A stretch of DNA of 63,349 nt, the filler included, from Ministeria vibrans ATCC 50519 (lineage: Eukaryota; Protista; Filasterea), in NCBI GenBank assembly GCA_943704425.1. It is 5 parts of 5 records of this genome, joined end to end, with 100 filler letters (N's around TTAATTAATTAA, not from the genome) between each part and the next. Parts side by side here need not be neighbours in the genome. Positions count along the whole stretch, not along the records: positions 32,026 to 53,448 come from CALSCP010001031.1; positions 53,549 to 58,788 come from CALSCP010002728.1; 3 more parts are not named here. The stretch is one strand, 5' to 3'. The translations under genes were made by a program, and so were the position numbers. A model generated the notes under the pieces. It saw nothing but the letters and a program-made list of their open reading frames with translations. It had not been told where the DNA came from and made no database searches. Below, in pieces: positions 32,713 to 55,795 of the stretch; the first letter of the stretch is position 1, and each line of letters opens with the position of its first letter.

Positions 32713-33532
32713 ATGCCGCCGAAAAAGAAGTCAGTGAAAAAGAAGTCGCCCGTTGCAAAACGTACGCGCCTGAGTTCGCTTTTTGGCCCTCTCTGACTCT
32801 CTCACCTGCTTTGTGTTGTAGAGACGGCTGCTGATGTGGAAGCACTCAGCGCGCTGCTCACAATGCGCACCGAAGAGGTATCTCTTTCTATTGCCATGAC
32901 AACCATGATGTTAAACGACATTCCCCCTAGGCCCAACGCTATCGAAACGACCGCGACGACACGCGAGCGGAACTCACACAAACACAGCAGCATGTTCACA
33001 AGCAAGAGATAACGAAGCATGCCGTAGCGCTTGGTAATAATAATCAACCTCTCGAGAGTCCATTCTCACCTTTAATGTGTTTGTACGTACACCTTAGATA
33101 TGACACGACAGTACAAAATTATGCAAAGCGAGCTCAATGATCGCATTGCTGCGCTTGAAGAGAAGCTTCAGACGACCGAAGAGAATCTGGAAAGCAGTCG
33201 TCGCGAGTGTGCCAGCGTCAAAATGCAACGCGACGAGTTGGCCCGAACCTCTGAGGAGCGCATTCAACTCCTGACCGAACGTATCAAGGAAATGGAGTCT
33301 GTTCTCTATGTAAGCAAAACGGACTTATATAGACCTTCCATTGTGTTAATATGATCATATTATTGTGTTGACCGACGCCTTTAATTTGAATTTGTTCGAA
33401 TAGAGTGCCGTCGAGAAGATGACCCACAAAGTGAATGGTGTGCGCAGCAAGTGGGAAAGTCACAACGAAGTCATGAACATCAAGAATCGCGAACTACTCG
33501 GCGACTACGGTTTAGCCTACGTCGACTTTTGA
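32713..33532 (+). CDS. CCDC153: CCDC153/DRC12-like flagellar coiled-coil protein
   Basis: MPPKKK start, DMTRQYKIMQSEL..RI..LEE, C-terminal ..SKWE...LLGDYGL; size and pattern match CCDC153. Confidence 0.7.
32890..32903. promoter_or_regulatory. Candidate RFX X-box in intron 2 of CCDC153
   Basis: ATTGCCATGACAAC vs consensus GTTGCCATGGCAAC (12/14), inside a ciliary gene. Confidence 0.5.
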
Positions 33533-33679
33533 TGAGCGTGACCCCCCTTCGACAGTGTGTGCTCTTTCCACTACTGTCACCGGCGATACCAAAGGCCGAC
33601 AGCGCTACCATGACTACATTCGCATGAAATCATAATATTTTTTTTTTTTAATTTTGTTTTTAACAAAAGGCAAGAGTGT

Positions 33680-38178
<4,499 letters not shown>

Positions 38179-38376
38179 CCAATCAGACAAACACGTGTAT
38201 TAACGAAACAGAGGTCGGAATAGAAAGAAAAATTGTGTGTGTGAAATAGTATTTATTTTAATATTTCGAAGACGATTGAACTACTGAAATCGATATTATG
38301 CCGAGGCGTGTGATCACTCAATAGCTCCGATGATGTGCGTGTACGGTTAAGGGGGGGGCGGTGTATTGGATGGGAT

Positions 38377-38733
38377 TTACTTGACATAGGAGACATAGAA
38401 GTAGATGGCAGCGGCGATGAAGACGGGGACGAGTACGTTGAAGAAGCTACCCCCAGCCGGAGGCTTGCCGCTTGAGCCAGAGCTCGACGAACCCTTGGTC
38501 TTCTTCAAGGGCGCACCCTTAAGCTTGCCCACAAGGTAGTCCTGAGGAAGTAAGACAAAAACACACACATGAGCATCGAGAGAGAGAGAGAGCACAAGTC
38601 ACAATGACTGTATTCCTTTAACCTTGAGCATATTTCGCGCATCTGTCGAGTGTCCAATGTCCTCAAAGGCCTCTGATGCCTCCATTCCAGCGTGCTCAAT
38701 AATCACCTCCTCGCCACCAGGGTGCTGCGATGG

Positions 38734-38826
<93 letters not shown>

Positions 38827-39238
38827 GGAGAGAGAGAAACAATGTGATAGAGAGAAACAATGTGATAGAGAGAAACAATGTGATAGAGAGAAACAAAGTG
38901 ATAGAGAGAGAAACAAAGTGATAGATGCGTTACGATGGGCTCTTTGACTTGCTGCTCATTTGTCGCATTATACCTCGGGAAGAAACTTTGTTACGTCGTA
39001 CTGCAGAGGGGAGATGATAAGAAAGAGAGAGAAAGAGAGAGAGAGCCGGGAGAGTGCGGGTGAGTGGAGGCAAGGCACAAAGACAGCGCAGCCGAGTCGA
39101 AAATCACGTTCACGTGTAACGTGCACACTTGGGCCGATTGGCCCCGCGCCAGCCTTCAAAAGACGCTTGGCGCGTAGTCTCCAGACCAAATCGACACACA
39201 CAGTCCGTCACAGCGACATTTTCGAAGTGCAACGAGAT

Positions 39239-39274
<36 letters not shown>

Positions 39275-39385
39275 GTTTCTTCTTCTTACGACAAGTCCGT
39301 CAATGATCAACCAGATGTCCGTCTCCTTAGAGTGCTTCGCGACCTCCTCGGCCGTGTATTCTTTCAGTTCCTTCTTATCAGACAT
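38377..39385 (-). CDS. CYB5: Cytochrome b5, tail-anchored; 4 exons
   Basis: [17 protein letters not shown]|[25 protein letters not shown] and a C-terminal TM helix. Confidence 0.95.
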
Positions 39386-39699
39386 GTTAAGAGAGATGTT
39401 TTAGGAGCGTTCTTTTGTGGCAACTGAATATAAAACTGTTCTGTGGCTCTTTGGACTGGATTAAAAATAAAAAATGCTAATCCGCTGGCGAGAAACGAGA
39501 TTCGCTTCTTTCGTTGTGACTTGCAGCTCGCACTGGGGTTCGACGATTGCGCCAGCCGTGTGTATAATAATATAACTATATATTTTTTATATTTGTGGTA
39601 TATATATTTCATTCCTACTTACGATATAGAGTACAATTCTGAGCGTCGCCGGTCGAACGCGTTCCTTTCTTCTTTCGACGCTGGCGTTCACAGCGCGGC

Positions 39700-40263
39700 T
39701 CATCTCTTGAACAGAAACGCGACGGCGGCGACCAAGACGACAATGATGAAACTTTGCACTCTGTTGAGACGCTCCGACGAGACAAGCGACTGTTCAAGCT
39801 GGGCAACGTGCGTTTGCGACTCACGCAGTGCCCCAGAAAGGTGAGCGACGGCGGAGCGCGGTGGAATGGGCGAATCGGTCGAGAAATTGTCAAGATCGTC
39901 TTGGAAGTCGTCTGCCTGAAGCGATTCAACCCCCATTTCAAACGCTCCCGACTGTGTTCGCACTCGCCGGTTTCCCCTACGCGTGCCCCGTGCCGAGTCA
40001 ATGCCGTCGACCGTAAGCAGGTAGGGTGGCGTGTCCAGATTGGGCGCTTGCAAGGGCGTTCCCGCCTGATGAGGAGTGCTGTCGACCCACTGCTGCGTGC
40101 GCGAGGCATGCGACGGTCCCACAGGCGTCATGTCCGCCACTTTTAGTTCTTCGGGGACGACCATCTGATCTCGCATCGTCGACTGCGATGGCTGTCACCA
40201 GAAAAGTTCACCTTTGTTCATTTTCGTCTCTTCTTTCAATTTTAATCCTCATACCGACCACAT
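39700..40263 (-). CDS. Mitochondrial fission factor (MFF/Tango11)-like tail-anchored protein
   Basis: QMVVPEELKVA resembles MFF R1 RMRVPEKLKVA; LDTPPYLLTV resembles LKTPPRVLTL; short coiled coil, C-terminal TM and basic tail FKR. Confidence 0.7.
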
Positions 40264-40534
40264 AATGCAAAATAGAAAGAGACGACGCGCGAGTGTGATT
40301 TGAGAGTGTGTAGATTGTGGTGCAAACAGTAAAGAAACGAAAGCTGAAGATGAATTTTTCTGTCAAATTTGAAAAATGCAAAAACTGAGGATATTTAATC
40401 GTCTCGTCAGCAACACATCAATAAATCGAAAAAGAAAATCACGAATTTCTTCCAATACATTGAAGGCGTTGAAGAATGAAGATCGCCCCTCATTGGGAGA
40501 CGTAGCTCGGTTCGATCACTTCGTTTTGGTGATT

Positions 40535-40600
40535 TTTTTTGAGCGCGCGCAAAAATCGCGCCAACCGGCATTTGCGCGCTCACTTTTTTTCTTTCAAATC
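40535..40600. promoter_or_regulatory. E2F-like sites plus CHR-like TTTGAA upstream of MCM4
   Basis: GCGCGCAAA, CGCGCCAA and TTTGCGCGC within 70 bp of the MCM4 ATG; TTCAAA at ~40593. Confidence 0.55.
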
Positions 40601-40608
40601 CATTGACC

Positions 40609-43585
40609 ATGTCCTCCCCCGGCCGCAGTAGCAGTCGCAGTTCACGTCGCTCGGGTCGTGGGTCCTCCCGCGGGGCCGCCGCAAGCCTCGGGGCTCCCAG
40701 CTCGGCCGGCATCAGTCCAAGCAACTCACCGCCGCCTGCCCCTGCCTCCTTCCTCGCCTCTTCTCCCGGACTCGCTCGCTTCCGTGGCCTCGACCGATCT
40801 TCAGGTAAACCCATTGGCTGGGCGCCATCCTTCAAAGAGCGCCAAACAATGTGTACAACCGGCGTTTCTTGTTTTCCCCTTTTTTTTTTCGTTGTCGTCG
40901 ATATCCTCTCATTCTGCACTCTTTGGGCGATATGTCGCTTGCTCGTTGGCGTCAGTGTACTTTAATTGCTACCTCTATACCGCTACCGTTGATACCGGCT
41001 CAATTACTTGCCGCGTTTGCTCGATTTTCTACCTAGACGTGTTGTGATGAGAAAGATGTCTCGTTTTTCCTTTTCTTCCGTGTGTGTGTTTCAACTTCTC
41101 GTTGCTTTCCATCTTGACATGCAGATGCCGGCAGTGCGTCATCGATGTCGGGCCGTCGTCGTGGTGGCGGTGCCGGACTCCATAGCGACCCGGCCAACAT
41201 CTACATGGGCTCGCCTCTTGGCTACGGCACCCCCTCGGTGGCATCGACGCCGCGCTCAGCACGCCGGAGCGACATTGGCTCGCCTCGACAGCGCCAAATG
41301 TTCTCTACGGGACCTAGCGAGGAAGGGGTACGTGAAGCTAATACGCAAACATATGCACGACACACACACATACACACATACATACGCACACACTCACATA
41401 CAAACACATATATTTGTATTATAATTATTCTATATATTCACCACAAAGACACGCACACACACACACATAAAACGAAGTCATATTATTTACGAATTGTGTT
41501 GTTTGTGTTGTGTAGATGAGCGAAATTGGACCACCGACAAGTGATGGTGGAGTCGCACACAACACAGTCTTGTGGGGAACCACAATTAACTTGCAAGAGA
41601 TTATGGAGGCCTTTGAGGTGTTCATCAAATCGCTCAAGGACGAGGAGACGGGTCAGTCATACTTTGTGCCGTTCTTTGAAGAGGTAAAAAAAAAAAAAAG
41701 AATAATAACGTATCATGTCTGATATCTGCGATGCATTGTTTAGATTCACGCACTGGGTCGATTTTATCTGGATCTGGACTGCCAGCTGCTGCAGGCGTAC
41801 GACGCACAGCTGTACCGACACCTGGTGCGCTACCCAGGTGAAGTGGTCCTGGCCTTCGACGTCATTGCCAACACCATTTACGAGGAGCAGTACCATGCGC
41901 CCCCCGCCAGGCCCATTCAAGTGCGCACCTACAACATTGAGGTCACCAAGAACATGCGCACCCTCAACCCCGAAGACATCGACCAGCTCGTTTGTGTCAA
42001 GGGTATCATCATTCGCACCTCACCCGTCATTCCCGAGCTCAAAATCGGTACGCTTAACAAACATACTGCATACGATTCAAAATGCTCACTCAATTCTCTA
42101 CGGCATTCATAGGATTCTTCAAGTGCTCCCGATGCGAGTTCAGCGAAGAAGTCGAGGTGGACCACGGTAAGATTGCCGAGCCGACGATGTGCAAGGAGTG
42201 CAAGGCACAGCGCAGCATGGTCATTGTCCACAACCGTTGCAAGTTTGCCGACAAACAGGTCATCCGCATGCAGGAGACGCCCGGTACGTCGTTATGCCTC
42301 TTTCCATCTCTCTATCACTTTGTTTTGTTTTTGTTCTCTTTTCTCTTATTTTGTTTCTTTCTCTGACACACACCCTTCTCTCTCTCTCTCCATGCGTTTC
42401 TCTTACACTTGGTTTTCGTGCACAGAGGTTATTCCCGAGGGACAAACACCCCACTCGGTGACCATCAATGCCTATGACGATATGGTGGATTCGGTGCAGC
42501 CTGGCGATCGCGTCGATGTCACCGGCATCTACCGCGCTCAGTCGCTCAGAATCAACTCAAAGCACCGCACTCTTCGCTCCGTCTTTAAAGTACTCAAAAC
42601 TCCGTCACTCTCACGACAGCTATGCACTCACTCACGAACTCACGTACTGTTTAGGTGTACGTGGACGCTATCCACTTTAAGAAGACCAATAAGAAGCGCT
42701 CGTCGGGCGGTGACGGTGACGATATTGACCACCGGCAGTTCTCGAGCGAGCGCATCCGCCAGCTCAAGGATCTTGCCGACTCCCCCGACATCTACGACAA
42801 GCTCACCGCTGCCTTTGCGCCTTCCATCTGGGAACTTGACGATGTCAAACGCGGCCTTCTCGCACAGCTTTTTGGCGGCTCAAACAAAGACTTCAAGGCG
42901 TCCGGCCGCGGTTCCTTCCGGTGAGAGACCCTATACATGATGATACGAGAGCGACGACGTCTCTCACACACCACTGTACTACTTTTGTTTGTTTTGGTCT
43001 TGATAGTGGCGACATCAATATCCTCTTGTGCGGCGACCCAGGCACCTCCAAGTCACAGCTGCTGCAGCAAGTGCACAAACTGGCTCCGCGTGGCATCTAC
43101 ACGAGCGGCAAGGGCTCTTCGTCGGTCGGTCTTACTGCTTACATTACAAAGGACCCGGACACACGTCAGCTGGTTCTCGAAAGGTACGCGAATCTTACCA
43201 GCACTACATATTCATAATTATACGTCTTATTTTATTATGGTTCTTTGTGCGTAGTGGTGCTCTTGTGCTGAGCGATGGGGGCGTGTGCTGCATTGACGAG
43301 TTCGACAAGATGAACGAGAGCACACGGTCGGTGCTGCACGAAGCCATGGAGCAGCAGACGGTGTCCATTGCCAAGGCCGGCATTATTTGCACTCTGAACG
43401 CACGCACGTCCGTTCTTGCGGCTGCAAACCCCCGTGACTCTAAGTGGAACCCGAACCTCTCCGTCGTTGACAATATTCTTTTGCCCCCGACTCTTCTCTC
43501 TCGGTACAGTTCATGACGCATTCCCTATATATATATATATATATATATGATTCCACTGACTCGCTTTCTCCTCATTTGTCTGGCT

Positions 43586-43629
<44 letters not shown>

Positions 43630-44522
43630 TTTATTTTGTTACTCATCCTTTCTCTCTACTCTCTCAGATTCGATCTCATCTATCTGGTTCTTGACAAAGT
43701 TGATGAGGTGCGCGACAAACGTCTTGGTCGTCACATCTGCCGTCTCTACATGACTGGAAATGTTCAAGAGCAAGACGAGTCAATCATGGTACGAAAAAAA
43801 AAAACAAAAAAAAAACATGAAACGCTAAATTAATCATCATCCACCTTTGCTTTTTTCGAACATGTGAAGAGCGGCGAGATGCTGTCCGACTACATTGCGT
43901 ATGCACGAGCGCATGTGCGTCCCGAGATTGGAGATGAGGCTGCGCGCGACCTGATTCAGGGGTACATGGCCATGCGTAATGGGGGCGGCGACAAGCACAC
44001 AGTGACGGCAACGCCCCGTCAGCTCGAGTCGCTCATCCGTCTTTCCGAGGCGCACGCTCGCATGCGCTTCAGTGCTGAGGTGCAGCGCAAAGACGTCGCT
44101 GAGGCTCTTCGGCTCATCCGTGTTGCGCTGCAACAGGCCGCAACGGATCCGCTCACGGGCAAGGTTGATATCAACCTGCTCACGACAGGTCAGAGTGCCG
44201 CCGCACACAAAAACATTACGGCTCTCGCCGATGCCGTCCGAAAGGTCTTTTCACGCCATGCCAACAAAACCAAGTACACCTTTGATGACCTCGTTGATCT
44301 TGTGCGAAAAGATGCGCAGGTAATGCGGCAGAACAATAGACTCTTAGTTTGTCTCAAACAACACTTTTGCAGAAAATGGCCGTGTCCAATGAACTGTTTG
44401 GCAGCGCACTGGAGCAGTTGAGAGACCAACATGTCGTTGACTTGACGGGCGGCAGCTTTGATGCTCATGACAAGCATAGCTGGAAGGACGTGACCATTAC
44501 CGTCGTGAATGACGACGATTGA
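40609..44522 (+). CDS. MCM4: DNA replication licensing factor MCM4
   Basis: SP-rich N-terminus, LWGTTI, RYPGEV, Zn finger, [50 protein letters not shown]. Confidence 0.97.
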
Positions 44523-44787
44523 GTAAAAACCGATTTTTTTTGTTTGCGTTGATATTCATTCTTCCTTTGCTGTCTTGACGATCTCGCTACTCGTCCTAGA
44601 TAGTCAGACAAATCAACGTCGTCTTGAATAGTCAGTAGCAGTTCCGAAACACCCCATTCTAGTGGCGTCAATGCCCTCCTGCACATCAATGTTTCGCTTG
44701 GGAATGTTTGTTTTCTACTTTAGCAACGAGTAAAACCCATAATAATGATTAGTATTTTTATTTTTTTGTTATCAATACAGTCTGTCA

Positions 44788-46972
<2,185 letters not shown>

Positions 46973-47474
46973 TACAATGGGTTCTCAGAAACAATAATAA
47001 TATCATTCTTAATAATTCCAATTTCCAAAGAAAGAAACAAAGTTGTTAGAATAATAATAATAAAAATTACACTATTGTACTCAACGATAGTTTAACAGGA
47101 TCTCGTTTTCATAGAGAGTCGCTCTGCTCTGTCGGTCATTGTTACCCTTTTTCACCCAATGTGAATACAACTGCAACACACACACACACAAGAAGCAGAC
47201 AAATAGATGAGCAACAACATGTAAAGTAGAAAAGAAGGACGTACTTGAAAGGCACAGCGATCAATTTGCTTTCTGACGCGCATGTTGAGATAAAGAGAGT
47301 GACGCTGGACACGCAAAGGAGTAGGTGTAGGGAGAAGAAGACGAGCGGCGGCGGCCGTGGTGGTGGTGGAGGGCGGAGCAGCAGGGGGAGACTGGGGAGG
47401 AAATGCCAAGAGTGGTCTCGGTGCGTTCAGTGGCAATCACTCGCTCTACCTGTCGGGTGGTTCGTGGGCAATGT

Positions 47475-48835
47475 TCACGCCCGAGCAAGGAAGAGGGTGG
47501 ATGTGGTGGTGGGAGGCGCGGTGACGACAGTGCTCGCGATAGTGGCGGTGACGACGGTGGTGGCGGAAGAGACGGAAGAGACGGTGGAGGGGGTGGTGGT
47601 GGCAAACCATTCGTGACGAAGGGCATCCGTTGCCGACATGCGCTCGTGAGGTTTACGCTGGAGAAGGGCACGCACAAGTTCCTTGGCAGGCGTGCTAATG
47701 GCGTCCCAGTAGCGCGCGTCAAAGGGCACTTTGGCTCGTTCAATCATGCGCATCAACAGCGACCGAGAACTCGACCAAAATGGCGGAAACCCGACAAGAA
47801 GCGTGTAGAGCACAACGCCGGCGGCCCATGCATCCACAGCGGGCGCGGTGACGGCCGACGCATCCTCGGATGCCCCGCGAAAGTGCGCAATGGTCTCGGG
47901 CGGCATATACCCGGGTGTACCGCATGCCGTGGCGAACGGACTTCCGATTGCCGTGCTAATTCCAAAGTCGCTCAGCAGCACATGATCGACTCTACTCTCG
48001 CTCAGCAGAATATTCTATAGAGCATGTTTTAGGCGGTCTTTGTGCGCCATTTCTGCTTGGGTGTACCTCTGGTTTTATGTCACGATGGACGAATCCCTTT
48101 TTGTGGATGTACGAAAGACCTTCAAATACCTACAGAGTGAGCGAACGCAAAGATGAGGAGAGGAAAGAAACCAACAAGCATCGTGGCTCGGGTGCGCACC
48201 TGCCGCATCACTGCCTTAGCACGGTCTTCGGTGAAGAAGACGGAGCGTGTGAGCTCGTCAAAGAGCTCTCCGCCTGTGGCAAGTGGGAAGATCAAGTAGG
48301 TGGCCGAGGGTGTATCGATCACGTCGAGAAGCGAGATCACATTCGGATGGCTTCCAAGAGTGCGCAGTGTTCTGATCTCCGAGCGAACCTGTCAAGCGTC
48401 AGTGAGTGAGTGAGTGAGTGAGTGAGTGTGTCAGTCTCCTGTTCCTTCCTCTTTCTCTCTCTCCCTCTCGCTCACCCCCTCTCTCTCTTTCTCTCCCTCT
48501 TCCACACTAGCATTCCTACCTCCTCCAGAGACTCCTCCTTCAGCTTGGCCTTCTCAATCACTTTCGCAGCCAATTTCTCACCAGAATCCTTTTTTTTGGC
48601 AACGATCACAAAAGAATAAAAAAGAGAAAAAATCCAGCCTAATCTCCTCGAACCTTATGTACGCACAGGTAGACGACGCTCGCTAACCCATGGCCGAGCA
48701 CCTACGCAGTCGCACGAGGGCGTGAACATCCTTCATTTCTCCGCCTCCGCTCTCTACCTGTCTCTGGTCATAGCGGTCGTAGAAGTCCTCGTCCGTGCCC
48801 ACCGGAATGTTATCTACAATGCCTTCCGCGGCCAT
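47475..48835 (-). CDS. CAMK-group Ser/Thr kinase, phosphorylase-kinase-gamma-like
   Basis: FYDRYDQRQ|VLGHGLASVV, GGELFD, HRDIKPE|NILL, DFG, CGTPGYMPPE, PPFWSSSRSLLMRMI. Confidence 0.85.
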
Positions 48836-48951
48836 GGATGGCAGATTAGGGCGAAAAAGTTAAGAAAAAAAAATGTATTGATTGAAAATAAATTGATAAT
48901 ATTGTATTGATAATCAAATTACAGTCACTTTTTTAAGTCCTTTTCCTCACT

Positions 48952-49648
48952 ATGACGGAGGGCAACGACGACTTGTACCTCTCGGATGATGATGACTTGA
49001 TAGACGACAATGACAATTGGACGAAAATTGCGGGCCTGCGAGTCTTTCGAGGGATGTTGCAGCCGGAAGAGTGTGTGGCGTTTGCGCGAGAGTGTCGTCG
49101 GGCAATGGGCGAACTGAACCAAGCTATGCGCTTTGGATCTCAAGATTTCTCTGAACCCATATGTGATCTTGTGGGTATTGTATGCTCGCGAGCGGGCGAC
49201 GGCTTATTCCGCTCTCTTGCAGCACGACAACCGATGTTTGATCAACTGATTATGAATAAGGTTAAACGTATCGCACAACGGTGTGGTTCTCATCTTGTCT
49301 CTCACTCTACTGCAGTATGCAGTTGGCGAAAAGCTCAAGGCACACATTGATCTGTTGAAACGATTCGAAGACGGCATCTGCGGAGTGACACTTGAGGGTC
49401 GTGGTACAATGCGCTTTGCTCGCTCTAGTCACGACGACGTGTGTGTCGCCCTGCAGTCAGGCGATGTCATCTCAATGGAAGGTCAGGGCCCCCTCGACTT
49501 CCACCAAGTAATCGTACTTATTGCAGTCTGACATCTACTCATAGGAGATGCCCGCTACGAGTGGACGCACGCAATTGATCCTGTGCCTGTCGAGCGCATT
49601 TCCATCACCTTCCGACGAATGAAACCTCAAGCGTGGACCTCAGACTAA
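48952..49648 (+). CDS. AlkB-family 2OG-Fe(II) dioxygenase
   Basis: FDQLIMNK|Y..GE.LKAHID (HxD), DARYEWTHAI (distal His), RISITFR. Confidence 0.88.
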
Positions 49649-49867
49649 CCCCTTGCCAGTCATTGATAAGTATTATGTACTATTTGTATCTATAAAACGC
49701 CTTTTTTGTCTATAAAATAATAATATTTTCGTCTTGAGATAGCTCTTGGCCATGTATGATGTACAAAACGACGTAAAAAAGAAAAGACAAAAAAAACTCT
49801 TCTCACACCCGAAAAACGAACACACACACACACACACAAAGAAGGTCTCTCTACTTCTCTCCCTTCA

Positions 49868-53055
<3,188 letters not shown>

Positions 53056-53448
53056 AGTATTTCAGAAGGCGAAACAGCAAAAAAGAAGAGAGGTGTGAGA
53101 ACGACTGAGAGAGCTAAAAAAAAATGTAATCGGTTCATATCCAATTTCCTTCACAGCACACACACGCACTTGCAACGACAAAAAACACATAGACAATGCA
53201 ATCAGAGTGGACAGAGGGACGGCAGCGACGCAAATAAAAGTCGTCGTTGTGCCATACAGAACACATCAGAGAAAGAAAAAAAAAAAGAGAAAAAAAAGAA
53301 TTCGACATTGTCAAAAAGAGGCTGTAGGAAAGAGGCAGAGCTGAGCGCGGACGGGATGAGAACAACGCGATTGACGAATGGAAAGCAGAAATGGGGGCGA
53401 AGAGAGACGCAGAGCGACAGGAGAGACACTCACTCGCACACAAAAAAA

Positions 53449-53548
53449 NNNNNNNNNNNNNNNNNNNNNNNNNNNNNNNNNNNNNNNNNNNNTTAATTAA
53501 TTAANNNNNNNNNNNNNNNNNNNNNNNNNNNNNNNNNNNNNNNNNNNN
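53449..53548. other. Artificial assembly linker
   Basis: N44-TTAATTAATTAA-N44. Confidence 0.95.
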
Positions 53549-53666
<118 letters not shown>

Positions 53667-53691
53667 CACACTCTCTCTCTCTCTCTTCTAG

Positions 53692-54198
53692 TGTACCAAC
53701 CTGACCTTTCCTATTGACAACGTCGACGACTGGTGCGTACACGCGTGTCATACGTGTCTGTCCGCCTGAATTATGTTTGTTTCGCTCTTTTCAGCACTTG
53801 CGACACACTATTACCAATCGGCTCAAACTGTCGTGACTGTCCGTGCACCTATGAGTCGCGCAGCGTGCTCTTCATCAAGTTTGTCGTCTACGCCATGATA
53901 GCTATTATGAGTGCGCTGGCACTGCTCATCGTACTTCAGCCGCTCTTCAGATTTATTATCAGAGTAAGAGTATGATAATGAGTATTATTATACCATCTAA
54001 CGCTTTGATTGGCAGCGATACGACTTGCAAACTGCGCCAATTCCCGTGCGAAATTACGGTGCACCCTTTCACACATCGGTGGAAATCATCAAAGCGCTGT
54101 GGCGACGAGCGAAGTTGCGACGGAGGGCAGCACAAGGAACTCAGACACGCACGACGGACGCGCCGCTCTCCATCTACGCGGATACAGCAGACGACTGA
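53692..54198 (+). CDS. TMEM9-like single-pass membrane protein (3' part)
   Basis: CRDCPCTYESRSVLFIKF followed by a TM helix resembles TMEM9 CLRCECKYEERS..IKV; spliced to a last exon ending at 54198. Confidence 0.5.
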
Positions 54199-54315
54199 TG
54201 GGGGGATCGAGTCTGGCCCATTGGCCTGCTTCTCTCTGTTTGTATGTAGGATATCGTTTTAAAATCATTTGGTTGTGCGTGCATGTATGTTTATAGTTTA
54301 CATATGTGGTGTGGG

Positions 54316-55513
54316 TCAGGCAATTCTGGCGAGCACACGCGTGAGAAGTGTGCTTGCACGCACTTCCATCCGTACTGTTGCCATTGCGTCACCCCGAGTG
54401 GGTCCAATGTTGACAACTGTGAGAGAGAAAGGGCAACAGCCAGTGAAACGGGGTGACACGTAAACAAAAGAAAACACACAAAGGCGTACTTGCAACGGGT
54501 TTGGCGGAGGAATGAGCGTCGCGCACAAAGCGAAATGCACTCCACACCTGCAGGGAAGAGCCAATGACAAGCACTGCATCGGACTCGCGACACGCAGCCC
54601 ACGCCCGCTCAGCACGCAACTTCTACCGCCGCAGATGAGAATAGAGATATCAAAGAATGGGAACGTACCGGGACGGATTCGCCAAAGAACACGACGTCAG
54701 GTTTGAGGATACCTGAGACGCACTCGGGACAGGATGGAGGCACAAACTGTGTGTAGTCGGCAATGAGATCCACATCGCCGTCGGGTGTGACACCCACGTC
54801 GCTCACTGTCGCTTGCCAGTGAGCATTCTGCTCTTCCATGACCGTCTGAAGGGCGTTGCGATCCATCAAATGGTCGCACGACAGACAGCGGACGCGTCGG
54901 CTCATGCCGTGCAGCTCGGTGAGCGACACAGAGCCCGCGCGGTGGTGGAGTCCATCGACGTTTTGTGTAATGACATGGTGGATGTGTCCCAGCTTCTCGA
55001 GGTGTGCCACCGCCTCGTGTGCCTTGTTAGGGTGTGACGCAGCGTACTCGCGATGGCCGTAGAAGTTTCGCGCCCAAAACCGTTGGCGGGAGGGCAGTGA
55101 GTCGACAAATTGGCGGAATGTCGTGGGTGTGTGTCCCTTGGTGTACAATCCAATGCCGGGAGAGCGATAGTCGGGGATGTTGGACTCGGTAGAGATGCCT
55201 ACGCGCCGCAAAGGGGTCAGTCAGGCTCTGTTGTCGAGCAACGCCCCTCACCGGCTCCCGTCACGACCAACAGCGACCGAGACTGCGTGATAAACTTCTC
55301 AAGCTGCTCTACATGGCCCTCTGTCGTTCGCTCGCTTGCAGGCACCGTCGCGTACGCGTGGTTCGCCTCCGCATTCTCAATGACACGCTCGTCGACCAAA
55401 ATCGTCTGGTCCGGTCGGCGCAGCTTACTCGGCCAGCTCGATCCGGTATATCCCCGGCGAGTCACTTCAGTAGCCACCCACCGAGGGTGAGCTATTCTTG
55501 CAAAGCGCAGCAT
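54316..55513 (-). CDS. SIRT4: Class II sirtuin (SIRT4-like), probably mitochondrial
   Basis: TGAG|ISTESNIPDYRS, RQRFWARN, TQNVDGLH, ELHG, PDGDV, LKPDVVFFGE, IGSSLQV, NIGPTRGD; Arg-rich presequence. Confidence 0.93.
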
Positions 55514-55795
55514 TGGAAAATAAAAAATTAATCTCAAACTTGAAACTTTTTGTTTATAATTAATAAGACGTCTTGAAGTCTACGGCGGAAGTAACAGCTC
55601 TCGATTCTCTATTTATTTTCCTATTATTATTATTATTATTATAATAATAATAATTATTATGATTGTGTCTCAGTCAGTGTCTCAGTGAGTGAGTCGGTCT
55701 TCAATTTCTCATTTAGCTCTCTATCACTTTTTTTTTTCTCCTCTCGGCTCTCTCGCTCTTTTCTTTCTTTTTGAGTCTCTTGCGCCCTCTCTACT

